Below are positions 63,400 through 64,000 of a stretch of DNA of 64,000 nt, piece after piece. The stretch covers positions 1-64,000 of the forward strand of contig JAHLWZ010000711.1 in assembly GCA_020536535.1 (NCBI GenBank). The letters run 5' to 3'. How positions within the stretch are numbered: the first letter of the stretch is position 1; every line of letters starts with the position of its first letter. A model generated the notes under the pieces. The model had not been told where the DNA came from, searched no databases, and worked only from the letters and a program-made list of their open reading frames with translations. Origin of the DNA: Pelomyxa schiedti. Taxonomy: Eukaryota > Protista > Evosea. A program made the position numbers and the translations under genes.

Positions 63400-64000
63400 T
63401 TGAAAACGAGTTGGCCAACTCGGTTAGCCTTTTAGGAACATGTTCGCCTGATTTAGCTCCTCAGGTGCAGAGGGACCAAGTCTCCTCTGGGAACCTGCAC
63501 GATTCCTCAGTCTCCGAAACTTGGGGCCCTATCTGTTTAAAACAACAACCCAAAAGCCAAAAAAAGCGAATTGAGGAAGGAGGAAATTTCTTTTATTTGT
63601 TTCCAATTTGGTTTGGTCTTTCTGGCGTGGCAACACAGAGGGAAACGGCTCGTGAAGGGGCTTTTGGCACTTGCTCTTTTCAGCCCAGCACCGTGTGAGG
63701 AAGCACCTCAAACGCAGAGACAACTCAATACCACACCAACCACACGGAGACCCAAGACAGTGTCTCCCAGCCGCGGGGTGTCACCGACGAGGTGGACCAC
63801 GAATGCCACCGGGCCTCGTCTCGAACGGAGCACGCTCCGCACTCGGCCGCCACCAGGCGACGAGGTGGGATGCTGACAGCAGAAACGCACGCCGGACCGC
63901 TCGCCTGGCCGCGCCACGAGCAGAGCCCCACTCCCAACGGAGCGCGCCACGCGCCCGCCGTCGTTGTCAAGTGTGGTGGTCCGTCCCGTCTCCCCCCCAT
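63400..64000 (-). CDS. Possible 3' portion of a gene entering from beyond the window end
   Basis: GC-rich frame open from the window edge (...VARSVGSGALLVARPGERSGVRFCC...AFVVHLVGDTPRLGDTVLG); no domain recognised. Confidence 0.3.

Overview
Gene-dense eukaryotic genomic DNA with many short GT-AG introns (about 40-100 nt where I traced them), poly(A)/(T) tracts, intergenic gaps often under 200 bp and one 100-N assembly gap. The gene content and style suggest an amoebozoan, possibly a Pelomyxa-like archamoeba; this is inference only. About 28 protein-coding loci can be reconstructed by hand-splicing. Housekeeping genes: TFIIF-beta, PAF1, AP-4 sigma, Sec61alpha, La/SSB, PP2A B'' subunit, a USP deubiquitinase, polyubiquitin, beta-mannosidase, a Cdc15/MAP3K-like kinase. 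Other loci: a metallophosphoesterase, a nucleoside hydrolase 3' end, an ADP-ribosylglycohydrolase, a GxGYxYP-family protein, a decayed LINE and several proteins of unknown function. Most notable: (i) a zf-UBP zinc finger apparently spliced onto a metal-ligand-intact M28 peptidase; (ii) an 8-unit polyubiquitin whose last unit stops at Leu73 and lacks Arg-Gly-Gly; (iii) a divergent CK2alpha that has lost the basic cluster and carries a ~130-aa low-complexity insert; (iv) an ankyrin-(coiled coil-SAM-SAM)x2 protein that the ORF track splits into four ORFs. I saw no rRNA, tRNA or CRISPR features. All domain calls are motif recognition by eye, not database searches, and many exon boundaries are approximate.
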